Numbered from the stretch's first letter, positions 9,194-21,495 are shown. The stretch: DNA of 64,000 nucleotides from a bacterium (GCA_963692865.2 OY843592.1:1952001-2016000), one strand, 5' to 3'. Notes: generated from the letters alone by a model not told the origin. Translations and numbers: made by a program.

Positions 9194-9700
9194 GTGAGCG
9201 GCAGGGTGGCCGTGGGCGTCGCGGTCAGGCCCCACGGCGTCAGGGGAGCCGTCCGGGTGGAGCCCTGGCTCGACGATTTGGGCGTCTACGGGCGGATCGA
9301 GGAGGTTTTCTCCCGCGATGAACCCGGGAAGAGATTCGAGGTGGCGGCCTGCCACCGGGGCGGCAAGGGCGCCGTCGTCTGGAAGTTCGAGGGAATCGAC
9401 ACCCCCGAGGCCGCCGAGGCGCTGCGGGGGATCGTTTTTCTGGCGGACAGGAAATTCCTGGGCGGCCCCGAAGAGGGTGTTCTCTATTTCGAGGATTTCG
9501 AGGGCTGCGAAGTCATCGACGAGGCGGGCAGCCTCTTGGGGCGCGTGGTGGACATGTTGGGCGCCGGCGGCAACGACGTCATCGTCATCCGCACGCCCGA
9601 TGGTGAGGAGTTGCTCGCGCCCGCCACGCGCGAGGTCGTCCTGCGGCGCGAGGGGGAGCGCTGGATATTCCGAATGCCGAAATTCGATGACGAGGACTGA
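9194..9700 (+). CDS. rimM: Ribosome maturation factor RimM
   Basis: PHGVRG, GIDTPEAAEALRG, GGNDV; between rpsP and trmD. Confidence 0.93.
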   Translation: MSGRVAVGVAVRPHGVRGAVRVEPWLDDLGVYGRIEEVFSRDEPGKRFEVAACHRGGKGAVVWKFEGIDTPEAAEALRGIVFLADRKFLGGPEEGVLYFEDFEGCEVIDEAGSLLGRVVDMLGAGGNDVIVIRTPDGEELLAPATREVVLRREGERWIFRMPKFDDED

Positions 9701-9709
9701 GGAGGCGCC

Positions 9710-10438
9710 ATGCGCATCGACGTTCTATCCGTTTTGCCCCGCATGGTGGAAGAAGCGTTCCGGGAGGGCGTCGTGGGGCGCGCGATCGAGGCGGGCGTTA
9801 TCGAACTGAAAGTCTGGAGCCTGCGCGATTTCGCCGAGGGGAAATACCAGCAGACCGACGACGCTCCCTTCGGCGGCGGCGCGGGCATGGTCATGAAGCC
9901 CGAACCCATCTGGCGAGGTGTCCGGGCGATTCGAGAAGACGCCGAAGGCGAGCCGCTCAAGGCGCTGCTCACGCCCCAGGGGAGGCTGTTCGATCAGGCC
10001 GCCGCCCGGAGGTTCGCAGAAGCGCCCCGGCTGCTCTTGATCTGCGGGCGCTATGAGGGCGTGGACGAGCGCGTGAGCGAGTTGTGCGTGGACGAGGAGG
10101 TCTCGGTCGGCGATTACGTGCTCTCGGGGGGGGAGATTCCGGCCATGGCCGTGATCGACGCGGTCGGCAGGCTCGTTCCCGGCGTCCTGGGGAACGACGC
10201 TTCCGCCGCCCAGGAGAGCTTCACCGGCGGCCTTCTCGATCACCCCCACTACACGCGCCCGGCGGAGTTCGAGGGGGTCCGCGCGCCGGACGTGCTCCTC
10301 TCCGGCGACCACGAGGCGGTTCGCCTCTGGCGGAGGCGCCGGGCGCTCGAAAGAACGCGCGAGAGGCGGAAAGACTTGTTCGAGCGGGCCGAATTGAACG
10401 ATGAGGATTTGAGACTCCTGGAATCTTTCAGGAATTAG
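9710..10438 (+). CDS. trmD: tRNA (guanine-37-N1)-methyltransferase
   Basis: DDAPFGGGAGMVM, CGRYEGVDER, SVGDYVLSGGE, YTRP. Confidence 0.98.
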   Translation: MRIDVLSVLPRMVEEAFREGVVGRAIEAGVIELKVWSLRDFAEGKYQQTDDAPFGGGAGMVMKPEPIWRGVRAIREDAEGEPLKALLTPQGRLFDQAAARRFAEAPRLLLICGRYEGVDERVSELCVDEEVSVGDYVLSGGEIPAMAVIDAVGRLVPGVLGNDASAAQESFTGGLLDHPHYTRPAEFEGVRAPDVLLSGDHEAVRLWRRRRALERTRERRKDLFERAELNDEDLRLLESFRN

Positions 10439-10452
10439 AGGGGCCGGGGGTA

Positions 10453-11025
10453 TTGGGCAACGTCTATCTCGCGCTGATTCACCATCCGGTGCTCAACCGC
10501 GAGGGCGGCGTGGTGACCTCTTCGGTCACGAGCCTCGATTTGCACGATCTCGCCCGCGTGGGCCGCACCTATGGCGTCTCGGGCGTATTTGTGGTACATC
10601 CTTCTGCTCCGCAGCGGGCCTTCGTCGAGCGGGTGATTGGGCATTTCACGGAAGGTCCGGGCCGCGCGCTGCACCCGCAAAGAGGCGAGACGCTCGAGTT
10701 CCTGGAAGTGCTGCCCTCTCTGGATGCGCTCATCGAGGGGGTGGAGCGAAAGGAATCGAAAAGGCCGCGCCTCGCCGCCACGACGGCCAGGCGGGCGCCC
10801 GGCGCCGCAGGGTATGAAGCGCTGCGCCGCGAGGTGAGGGAGACGGACGCCCCGCTCGTCATCCTGTTCGGCACGAGCTGGGGTCTGGCGGATGAGGTTT
10901 TGGAGATGTCCGACGTTGTACTGTTGCCCGTGGAAGCGGAGGCCGATACGGGGTTCAACCACCTGTCGGTTCGCGGCGCTTCGGCGATAGTGGTGGATCG
11001 CATTTTCGGCAAAAGAGAGGTATAG
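10453..11025 (+). CDS. SPOUT-type RNA methyltransferase, TrmD-associated family
   Basis: [34 protein letters not shown] motifs; directly after trmD. Confidence 0.85.
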   Translation: MGNVYLALIHHPVLNREGGVVTSSVTSLDLHDLARVGRTYGVSGVFVVHPSAPQRAFVERVIGHFTEGPGRALHPQRGETLEFLEVLPSLDALIEGVERKESKRPRLAATTARRAPGAAGYEALRREVRETDAPLVILFGTSWGLADEVLEMSDVVLLPVEAEADTGFNHLSVRGASAIVVDRIFGKREV

Positions 11026-11056
11026 TGCCGGTTTTTTCAGGACAAGGAGCAGGCGG

Positions 11057-11404
11057 GTGAACATTATCGACAAGATCGAGCGCGAGGGCATGCGCAAGGA
11101 CGTTTCCGAATTCGAGCCGGGAGACACGGTGCGCGTTCACGTGAAAATCGTGGAGGGCGACAAGGAGCGCATCCAGGTCTTCGAGGGCGTCGTCATCGGC
11201 AGGCAGGGCGGCGGGCTTCGCGAGAGGTTCGTCGTTCGCAAACTCTCCTACGGAATCGGTGTGGAGCGCATATTCCCGGTGCATTCCCCCAGAGTCGACA
11301 AGATAGAAGTTACCCGCAAAGGCCGCGTTCGCCGCGCGAAGCTCTACTACCTGAGGGACCGCAAGGGCAAGGCCGCCCAGGTGAAGGAGAAGCGCTGGAG
11401 GTAG
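11057..11404 (+). CDS. rplS: 50S ribosomal protein L19
   Basis: [37 protein letters not shown]. Confidence 0.98.
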   Translation: MNIIDKIEREGMRKDVSEFEPGDTVRVHVKIVEGDKERIQVFEGVVIGRQGGGLRERFVVRKLSYGIGVERIFPVHSPRVDKIEVTRKGRVRRAKLYYLRDRKGKAAQVKEKRWR

Positions 11405-11423
11405 GGAGTTTTAGCTTCAAAAC

Positions 11424-11462
11424 AAAAAAGCCCCGGGGCAAAGTCCCGAGGCTTCTTTCTTG
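11424..11462. terminator. Bidirectional intrinsic terminator
   Basis: A-run, AAGCCCCGGG/CCCGAGGCTT stem, T-rich tail; between convergent genes. Confidence 0.75.
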
Positions 11463-11472
11463 TTCTCTCCGC

Positions 11473-12462
11473 TCAACCTTCCAGAAAATTCTGCACCTCG
11501 CTGTAGAGGGCCTCGCGGCACCATTCGTACTGGGCGAAGTGCGTGGCGTCTCCCAGCGTGATGGAGCGCTTCCCGCGGCTGTTCGCGAGCGCGCGGTAGA
11601 CGGCGGCGAAGACGGGGTCGGTCGAGCTTCTGTCGTGGTCTCCCCGGATGGTCAGGACCGGGCAGGTGATCCTGCCCGCGTCGTAGAGCGGCTTGTTGCG
11701 CGCGCGGTCGTAGCTGTCCGCCATGGCGCCGTTGGGCACGCGGACGGCGGGCGTTTTCCGCTTGGCGCCCTCGGGGTCGAACTTCTGCTGTTCGCTCCAG
11801 AAGCGCTTGATGGCCGCCTCCGTCCGCCACTTCGCGTGCCGGCCCTTCGGGATGCTCCCGTCCCAGCGCTCGCGCTGGTAGCTTTCAGTCACCCAGCGCC
11901 ATGCCCCCTTGCGGGGGTCCCAGCGTCCGGGCCGCGCGGGGTCCTCTTGGAGCGCCGCCGCCTGCGGGTTGTCGTAGGCGTAAAAAGGCGCGTAGAGCGC
12001 GAGGCGGCGGACTCTTGCCTGCTTCCCGGCGGTGAAGGCGGCCGTCGTCGTCGTGCCCCACGACCAGCCGAGGAGGTTGAGCTTCCCGATGTCGTTTTGC
12101 CCGCAGATGAACCTGACGGCGGCGTCGATGTCGCGCACCGCGGTGATTCCCCGCACGGCCGGCGGCCGGCCGGCCGGGCTTCTGAGCATCTCGGGCGGGC
12201 GCGTGGAGGGGCCGTAGCCCCGGATGCACAGCGCGTAGACGTGAAAGCCGCGGGAGGCGGCGAAGTCCATCCACGAGTAGCCGGGGAGCGGCAGGTCGAA
12301 GGCGACGGGCGCGGGCGTGCTTTGCCCGTGCGCCATGAGCAGCGTGCCGGCGGCTTCGGACTTCTCCATCCCGCGCGGTTTTTTCTCTCTCAGGTGCAGC
12401 TTGACGCCTTCGTCGTGCGAATCGATGAGGTGGTCTTTTCGGAACAGCTTGGGTTTGGCCAA
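11473..12462 (-). CDS. Alpha/beta-fold hydrolase
   Basis: MAHG oxyanion region, RGYGPS, GWSWG nucleophile elbow, GDHD and ATH catalytic positions. Confidence 0.88.
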   Translation of the reverse strand: MAKPKLFRKDHLIDSHDEGVKLHLREKKPRGMEKSEAAGTLLMAHGQSTPAPVAFDLPLPGYSWMDFAASRGFHVYALCIRGYGPSTRPPEMLRSPAGRPPAVRGITAVRDIDAAVRFICGQNDIGKLNLLGWSWGTTTTAAFTAGKQARVRRLALYAPFYAYDNPQAAALQEDPARPGRWDPRKGAWRWVTESYQRERWDGSIPKGRHAKWRTEAAIKRFWSEQQKFDPEGAKRKTPAVRVPNGAMADSYDRARNKPLYDAGRITCPVLTIRGDHDRSSTDPVFAAVYRALANSRGKRSITLGDATHFAQYEWCREALYSEVQNFLEG

Positions 12463-12544
12463 CGTATCTTCTCCAGTCGGTGTTTACTCGGGTTCGAGGA
12501 ATGTCCCCATATTCTCAGATTTTCAGGCCGCCCCCAAGCCCAAA

Positions 12545-12854
12545 GGTTGTTGAATAACCCCAATCAGTGAGGAACTACTCCCCCCTTGAGGGGGAGTCGA
12601 AGAGGCCGAGTCCTTCGGACGAAGGCCGATTCAGTGGGGGGAGCTTTTGACTTTGTTAGAATTGTCCCCCACCGATTCGGTTTCGGGTTTTCACCCTCAC
12701 CTCATCGACTCCCCCTCAAGGGGGGAGTGATTTTTAATGCCACAAGAGGGTAGCACACCCCTCTCCCCGGTCGGGTTCAACCCCCAACCCTCTTGTCCCC
12801 CCTTGTCGGGGGGTAGAAGCCATGACCCCCCGACGGGGGTTTGTCAACAATCCC
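12545..12854. repeat. TIR-bounded repeat mosaic containing a 152-bp palindromic element
   Basis: GGTTGTTGAATAA at 12545; ACTCCCCCCTTGAGGGGGAGTCGA at 12577 and its inverse ending at 12728; degenerate inverse TIR at 12841-12854. Confidence 0.85.
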
Positions 12855-12931
12855 GCGGATGGCGGGTTTGCCTTGAGAACTCTCCTGTTCACCGATATAT
12901 TGGGGCAATCCACCGCCCATAATGGTCTTTC

Positions 12932-13534
12932 ATGTATTCCATCGAACGCGAACTCGTGGGCGAAGGCGCCTCGCCCGTCGCAGGCGTGGACGAGGCCGGT
13001 CGCGGCCCCCTGGCGGGGCCGGTGGTGGCCGCCGCCGTGGTGCTGGACCCGGAGAATCCCGTCGACGGCCTTGCCGACAGCAAGAAACTGTCTGCGCGGC
13101 AGAGGGAGGCGCTCTTGCCCGAGATTCTCGCCAAGGCGCGCGCCGTCGCCCTGGCGGCGGCGGGGCCGCGCGAGATCGAGAGGATCAACATCCTGCAAGC
13201 CTCCCTTCGCGCCATGGCGACCGCCGTGGAGGGGCTTGGAGTAGCGCCCGCGCACGTCCTCGTGGACGGCAACAGGAAGATTCCCATAAATCTCCCGCAG
13301 ACCCCCCTCGTGAAGGGCGATTCGCGCTGCGCCTGCATCGCCGCGGCGAGCGTGGTCGCCAAGGTGTACCGGGACCGGGTGATGGCGCGCATGGAGGAGC
13401 GTTTTCCGGTCTATGGCTTCGGCAAACACAAGGGTTATCCCACGCGCGAGCATCTCGCCGCTCTGGAGCGGTTCGGCCCCTGCCGCATCCACAGGCGCAC
13501 TTTCCGGGGCGTTCCCGCCGTAGTCGGAGCGTGA
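12932..13534 (+). CDS. rnhB: Ribonuclease HII
   Basis: GVDEAGRGPLAGPV, DSKKL, VDGN, KGD, AAASVVAKV, HKGYPT. Confidence 0.98.
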   Translation: MYSIERELVGEGASPVAGVDEAGRGPLAGPVVAAAVVLDPENPVDGLADSKKLSARQREALLPEILAKARAVALAAAGPREIERINILQASLRAMATAVEGLGVAPAHVLVDGNRKIPINLPQTPLVKGDSRCACIAAASVVAKVYRDRVMARMEERFPVYGFGKHKGYPTREHLAALERFGPCRIHRRTFRGVPAVVGA

Positions 13535-13541
13535 GGACGCC

Positions 13542-13901
13542 ATGAGCCGCGAGAGCGGAAAGATCGGCGAAGACGCCGCCGTGAAGTTCCTGCGCCGCCA
13601 TGGGTATGAAATCATCGAGCGGAACTACCGGGGTACGCGCTACGAGGTGGACATCATCGCGCGCGAGGGCGGGGTGTTGTCGTTCATCGAGGTCAAGACC
13701 CGCGCGCCGGGCAAGTCGCTCAGCGGGGCCGAAGCCGTGGGCCGCGAGAAACAGCGCAGAATCGCGCAGGCCGCGCAGCACTACCTGATGACGCATCCCG
13801 GGGAGCAATCGTCCGTCTGCCGTTTCGACGTGGTGCTGCTCGAAGCCGAGCCTGGGAGAAAGCCGGAGGCGAAAGAGTTGATTCGGAATGCGTTCCAGTA
13901 G
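13542..13901 (+). CDS. yraN: YraN/UPF0102 family protein
   Basis: GEDAA..FL, ERNYR, EVDIIA, FIEVKTR, RFDVV; follows rnhB. Confidence 0.93.
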   Translation: MSRESGKIGEDAAVKFLRRHGYEIIERNYRGTRYEVDIIAREGGVLSFIEVKTRAPGKSLSGAEAVGREKQRRIAQAAQHYLMTHPGEQSSVCRFDVVLLEAEPGRKPEAKELIRNAFQ

Positions 13902-13926
13902 CGCTACTTTGCGGCCGCATCCCTTC

Positions 13927-14096
13927 GGGCTTGCTGAATAAGCCCCGAAAAACAGGGAATGGATTTCTCTTTAGACCATCCGCTTATGAAATGACTTCCC
14001 CTTTGAGGGGGTTGTTGCCCCCTCCAATCGAGGGTATTCACCGTCATGACGGCAGGGGTCGATTCCGATCGAAAAAGGGGGTTTTTCAACGGCCCC
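13927..14096. repeat. Degenerate TIR-bounded element between convergent genes
   Basis: GGGCTTGCTGAATAA near 13927, CCCCTTTGAGGGG inside, TTTTTCAACGGCCCC at 14082-14096. Confidence 0.65.
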
Positions 14097-14128
14097 CCTT
14101 CGACGGGACGGCCGCCTCTCGGTGCGGT

Positions 14129-14908
14129 TCAGGGATTTCGCTCGGCGATCAGGCGCAGGCCCAGAAGGGTCAGGTCGGGGTTGATCAGGTCGAAAACTCC
14201 GTTTTCCTCACCAAAGGCCAGGCTCTGCCCGCCCGTTGCGACGACCTTGGCGCCGCCGCCGAGTTCCGCTTTCATGCGCTCCACGATTTCCCGCACCAGG
14301 CCCCTGTACCCGTAGGCGATGCCGGACTGGATGCTGTGCACCGTGTTTTTCCCGATGACGGAGGGCGGCAGGGCGGTTTCGACCCGCGGGAGGCGGGCCG
14401 TTTTGTCGATGAGCGCCTCAAGAGCGATGCCCAGGCCGGGCGAAATGGCGCCGCCCAGGTATTCTCCCGCAGCGGAAATCGCGTCGAAGGTGATGGCGGT
14501 TCCGAAATCGACGATCACCAGGGGCCCGCCGTAGAGGTGGTGGCCCGCGACGGCGTTCACGATTCTGTCCGCCCCCACCTCGCGGGGGTTCTCGTACTTG
14601 ATGGAGATTCCCGTCCGTATGCCCGGGCCGACGACCAGCGGCTTCACGCCGAAATAGCGTATCGCCATCTCTTCGAGGTTCGGCCCCAGGGGGGGCACGA
14701 CGCTCGCGATGACCACGCGGCCCACGTCCGGCATCCGGTGCTCCCCGAGCCGGAACAGGCCCTCCATGAGGATGGCGAGTTCGTCCGTCGTGCGGCGGGC
14801 CACGGAGCCGAGCCGCCAGCTAGAGAGAAGTTCTTCGCCCTCGAAAAGCCCCACGACGGTCTGCGTGTTGCCCACGTCGATGGCCAGCAAACGGGAGCCC
14901 TGGTTCAT
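14129..14908 (-). CDS. coaX: Type III pantothenate kinase
   Basis: AIDVGNTQT, VGADRIVN, VDFGTAITFD, YLGGAISPG, VATGG. Confidence 0.96.
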   Translation of the reverse strand: MNQGSRLLAIDVGNTQTVVGLFEGEELLSSWRLGSVARRTTDELAILMEGLFRLGEHRMPDVGRVVIASVVPPLGPNLEEMAIRYFGVKPLVVGPGIRTGISIKYENPREVGADRIVNAVAGHHLYGGPLVIVDFGTAITFDAISAAGEYLGGAISPGLGIALEALIDKTARLPRVETALPPSVIGKNTVHSIQSGIAYGYRGLVREIVERMKAELGGGAKVVATGGQSLAFGEENGVFDLINPDLTLLGLRLIAERNP

Positions 14909-15672
14909 GGGAGTTCCACCTCGCCCGAAGTTATCCTCTCAATCGTGCCGTCCGCTTTTTCGAGCAGCAGGCGGCCCGCCTCGTCTATGCCCTTGTTCTT
15001 TCCAATCAGCGTTTCATCCGCCGCGCGGACGGAGACGCTCTCGCCCAGATTGTCGCACAACCCGAGCCACCGCTCCCGCACGGCGTCGAAACCGCCCGAT
15101 TCATATTCCTTGTACCAGAATGCGATGCGCTCAAGAAGGAGGCGGAGAAGACCCTCCGCGTCGGGAGTCTCTCCTCCCGAGAGAAGAACCGAGGACGCCG
15201 ACTCGCGCAGTTCGGGGGGAAAGTCGGTTTCCCGCGTCGCGAGGTTCACGCCCAACCCTGCGACGACGGCGGGTGGGTGATTCGGGGGTTCCAGGTATTC
15301 GCAGAGGATTCCGCCGATTTTTTTGCCCCTCACCCTCAGGTCGTTCGGCCATTTGAGCCCGACACGAAGCCCCGTCGCCCCGGAAAGTCCCTCCGCCGCG
15401 GCGACGCCGACCAGGAGCGTCAGGCGGGGCGAGGTTTCCGCTTCGCCGCCCGTGGGGAGCAGGACGGAGAAATAGAGTCCGCTCTCGGGTGGCGAGAACC
15501 ACGAACGCCCCCTTCTTCCTCGTCCTTTTGTCTGGGAAATGGCGCGTATCACGAGGCCGCAGGGTTCGCCCCCCCGCGCGCGGGCGGAGACCAGATCGTT
15601 GGTGGAGCCGGCTTCGTCAATCGTTTCGACGCGCCAGGAGAGCGTCTTCTCCTCGGCGCGGGCGGGGCCCAT
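14905..15672 (-). CDS. birA: Biotin-protein ligase without N-terminal HTH
   Basis: STND, QTKGRGRRGRSWFSP, LKWPND, KKIGGILCE, GVN. Confidence 0.95.
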   Translation of the reverse strand: MGPARAEEKTLSWRVETIDEAGSTNDLVSARARGGEPCGLVIRAISQTKGRGRRGRSWFSPPESGLYFSVLLPTGGEAETSPRLTLLVGVAAAEGLSGATGLRVGLKWPNDLRVRGKKIGGILCEYLEPPNHPPAVVAGLGVNLATRETDFPPELRESASSVLLSGGETPDAEGLLRLLLERIAFWYKEYESGGFDAVRERWLGLCDNLGESVSVRAADETLIGKNKGIDEAGRLLLEKADGTIERITSGEVELP

Positions 15673-18294
<2,622 letters not shown>

Positions 18295-18297
18295 AAC

Positions 18298-19071
18298 TTA
18301 TTCTCCGCGTTTGATTTTCTCGATTTCTCGAATGACGATTTGCTCTACGATATCGGGGAGTCGTTGCGCCACGACCTCTTCGATGTGGCTGAGCAACGTG
18401 GGGGCGATCTTTTCCGCCGCTTCTTCCAGATGTTTCTCGATGACGGGAGCGAGTGTTTCGCTATCGAGGACGGGCGGGGCGTCGGAAGAGGGTACTTGCT
18501 CCTCATCGTTCCTGGATTCCGCGTCTCCTGCCTCGGCGGGAGCCGCTTCCATTTCTCCGGGCGTTTCTTCCGCAGCCGTGGCGGAAGGAGTTTCAACGGA
18601 TTCCCCTGTGGGGTCTCCTGAAGAGGAGGGCGGTTCCGCCATCCCGGCTTCCGGGGAATCAGGTTCCACCTGCGCTTCGGACTCCGGCGTCGACGCGATA
18701 TGCCCGGGACCGATGATGCGCTCCACTTCGTCGGTAAATACCACCGGCTTGAACGGTTTTTCGATGTTTGCCGTCGCGCCCACTTCCTGGATTTCCTCAT
18801 CGCTGACGCTGTTGCGCGTGCTCGTTAAAACGAGGAGATGTACCTGGGATAAATCCGGTTGTTCGCGCAGGCGGCGGCAAAACCCCAGGCCGTCTGAATG
18901 CTCCATGTCCAGGCTGGCTACGACGATGTCCGGCGGCGCATTTTGCGCGATTTCAAGCGCTTCGTCCGCATTCTCCGCTATCTGGACGTCGACTCCTTTA
19001 TCCCTGTAGGCCAATTCCACGACGCGTTGCACCAGGAGGCTTTCATCGAGGAGAAGCAATTTGGTCGCCAT
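18298..19071 (-). CDS. RomR-like protein: atypical receiver domain, acidic/Pro-rich linker, C-terminal helical domain
   Basis: Receiver motifs (LLLLDES, PDIVV, EKPF); low-complexity E/P/S/A linker; LPDIVEQIVIREIEKIK tail; immediately upstream of valS. Confidence 0.75.
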   Translation of the reverse strand: MATKLLLLDESLLVQRVVELAYRDKGVDVQIAENADEALEIAQNAPPDIVVASLDMEHSDGLGFCRRLREQPDLSQVHLLVLTSTRNSVSDEEIQEVGATANIEKPFKPVVFTDEVERIIGPGHIASTPESEAQVEPDSPEAGMAEPPSSSGDPTGESVETPSATAAEETPGEMEAAPAEAGDAESRNDEEQVPSSDAPPVLDSETLAPVIEKHLEEAAEKIAPTLLSHIEEVVAQRLPDIVEQIVIREIEKIKRGE

Positions 19072-19234
19072 GTGTTCTGTTCCTCGTCCGGGCGTTCGCT
19101 GGATGAGCCGAGTGGAGGATAAGAATCAGGAGTCTGCGCTCAAATATCTTTAGAGTTATCACATTTTCTTGCGCCGGATCACCGATTGACAATCATGCCA
19201 CTACCATAATTCCGGGGTCAACCTGTCTCTATTT

Positions 19235-19991
19235 GGGGTTGTTGAAAAAGCCCCGTCGACATCGCCTTTACCCCTCTGACAAGGGGGGACGGGGGGGTTG
19301 CAGTGACAACTCCGAGGGGGTGTTGAAAAAGTCCTGATTTCTAGATTTATCGTATATAACCGACCGACGAGAGAGGAAAACCACTCCCCCCTTGAGGGGG
19401 TAGTTGAAAAACCTATCCCTCTCGCATCAACCACGTTTTACCCGTAGGGGTCGCATATCATGCGACCCGGCCTTTTCGCCTCTCCGGCGGCGGGCCGCAT
19501 GATATGCGGCCCCTACACCGCCCGTGTTCGACCTCGATGGTCTTGAAATTCACTCCCTCCTCGCGAGCAATACCGATTAACACGCAGTATGGAACCACTC
19601 CCCCCTTGAGGGTCGGTCTTTCCGCCTCGGGAAGACCGACGGCAAGACGAGGACGAAGCCCGAAGTCGCGCCGGTGGGGGGAGTTTTTTATTTTAGAATC
19701 GTTCCCCCCACCGAATCGGCCTTCGCACAAACCGCTCGGCCTCTTCGTCGGGCTTTCCCCTCGGGGAGCCCGACCCTCAAAGGGGCTGTTGAAAAACCCG
19801 GAGAGAGACAGTTTGTTTGTAGGGGCCGCATATCATGCGGCCCGCCTTGTGGAGGCGAAAATCAGGGCCGCATGATATGCGGCCCCTACAATGCCATCGC
19901 GTTTTGCGTAGCAGGACAGACACGGAGACCTGTCCCTACGGGATCATCACGTCGCCGACCGAGGGGATACATGGCCTTTTTCAACAATCCC
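19235..19991. repeat. Large repeat mosaic including the intact (empty) IS target repeat
   Basis: TIR-like ends near 19235, 19316, 19396, 19782 and inverse at 19977-19991; GTAG doublets 19444-19516 and 19819-19889; palindromic element 19597-19785. Confidence 0.9.
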
Positions 19992-21059
19992 CTATTTGCG
20001 CTGGTATTGGTTCACGGCGCGGCGGTGTTCGCGGTACGTGCGCGAAAATCGATGGCCGCCGTCCTTGGTGGCCACGAAGTACAGATATTTCACCTTGGCG
20101 GGATTCAGGGCCGATTTGATGGATTCCAGCCCCGGGCTGGCGATGGGCCCCGGGGGGAGACCCCGGTGTAGATAGGTGTTATAGGGCGAATCGTACCGCA
20201 AATCCTTTTTGGTGATGTTTCCATCGAAATGGGGCAGCCCGTATATGACGGTGGGGTCGCTCTGGAGGCGCATTCTTCGCTTGAGCCGGTTGATGAACAC
20301 GGCGGCGATGAGCGGACGCTCGCTGCCGAGGGAAGTTTCTTTTTCGATTATCGAGGCGAGAGTGAGCGTCTGGTGCATGGTGAATCCCATCGCTTTCGCC
20401 TGTTCTCTGAGAGCGGGCGAGAATTTCTTGCGCATCGTGCGAACCATGAACTCCAGGATTTTCTTCGACGAGGCGCCCACCGGGAAATGATACGTGTCGG
20501 GGAATGGATATCCCTCGATGGATGCCGCGGGAATATCGAGTTCTCGAAGAAAAGACGGCTCCCGGGAGAGTCTGAGAATTTCCGCTTCATCGGCGAGCTT
20601 GGCGCGCCGGATCGTTCGCGCGATTTCCCGGACGTTGTAGCCCTCGGGAATGGTGAACGTGCGCCGGGCGACCCGGCCCTCCGACAAACGCCGGTATATC
20701 TCTCGCGGCGGCATGGACGCTTTGAGCGCATAGACGCCGGCCTGAATGCTTTTGGCGCCGCCCCTGAGCCTGGCCTGGAGGTGGAAGGACCAGGGGTTTT
20801 GAATCAACCCCTTTTTCTCGAGCAATTCCAGGATTTGGACGAAGGACATACCCGATCGGATGTGGATGTGTTTTGTTTCACCTGCCTGCGGATTCGCGGG
20901 CCGATTGAATTCGGTTTCGAGATATTGATAGCCCATGAAAGCGGCCAGGACGATGGAGGAGAAAAGCGCGACGAGGATTTTCCCGAGCCGCCGCTTGCTG
21001 GAAGGAGGCGATGTTTCCGGCGCATCGGATTCTTCGGGGGGATTTTCTTTTTCAGTCAT
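19992..21059 (-). CDS. mltG: Endolytic transglycosylase MltG
   Basis: TM anchor, TIPEG, EGYPFPDTY, LASIIEKET, LQSDPTV, SPYNTY..GLPPGPI. Confidence 0.97.
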   Translation of the reverse strand: MTEKENPPEESDAPETSPPSSKRRLGKILVALFSSIVLAAFMGYQYLETEFNRPANPQAGETKHIHIRSGMSFVQILELLEKKGLIQNPWSFHLQARLRGGAKSIQAGVYALKASMPPREIYRRLSEGRVARRTFTIPEGYNVREIARTIRRAKLADEAEILRLSREPSFLRELDIPAASIEGYPFPDTYHFPVGASSKKILEFMVRTMRKKFSPALREQAKAMGFTMHQTLTLASIIEKETSLGSERPLIAAVFINRLKRRMRLQSDPTVIYGLPHFDGNITKKDLRYDSPYNTYLHRGLPPGPIASPGLESIKSALNPAKVKYLYFVATKDGGHRFSRTYREHRRAVNQYQRK

Positions 21060-21495
21060 GGGAAATCGGGCGTTTCATGTTCTGACGGTCGAGGTACGCC
21101 TGCAGTATGAGTTGCGCCGCGATGACGTCGCGCTTTTTCATCTTCCGGCTCCGCTTGACTTCCGTTTCGTTCATTACCCGGTCCGCCTGGGTCGTGCTGA
21201 GGCGCTCGTCCCATTTTTCGACGGGAATTTCGAGGTTGTTCCGCAAAAAATTAATGAGCTTTCTGGTGCGCTTCGCCCTCGACGTGTCCTGGTTCGAGAG
21301 GCCGATGGGGTGTCCCACGACCAGCAGACCGACGCCGCGTTCACGGATGATGCCGCTCATCTCGTCAAGCAGTTGCGCATCACTGCGCCTTTCGATGAGG
21401 CCGAGCGGCTGGGAGGTCAGGCCGAGTGAGTCGCTGATGGCGAGGCCTACCCGTTTCTCGCCGAAGTCCATTCCCAGGATTCGGGGGTGATTCAT
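21052..21495 (-). CDS. ruvX: YqgF/RuvX family nuclease
   Basis: LGMDFGEKRVGLAISD, WDERLST, D..AA.LILQ.YL; adjacent to mltG. Confidence 0.95.
   Translation of the reverse strand: MNHPRILGMDFGEKRVGLAISDSLGLTSQPLGLIERRSDAQLLDEMSGIIRERGVGLLVVGHPIGLSNQDTSRAKRTRKLINFLRNNLEIPVEKWDERLSTTQADRVMNETEVKRSRKMKKRDVIAAQLILQAYLDRQNMKRPISHD

Noticed and set aside
19186-19209. TTGACA...CATAAT promoter pointing into the repeat block
   Set aside because: Spacer is only 13 nt and there is no downstream gene on that strand.
19235-19991. Repeat blocks as a CRISPR array
   Set aside because: Repeats are mixed families in both orientations with irregular spacing; no constant repeat-spacer period and no cas genes.
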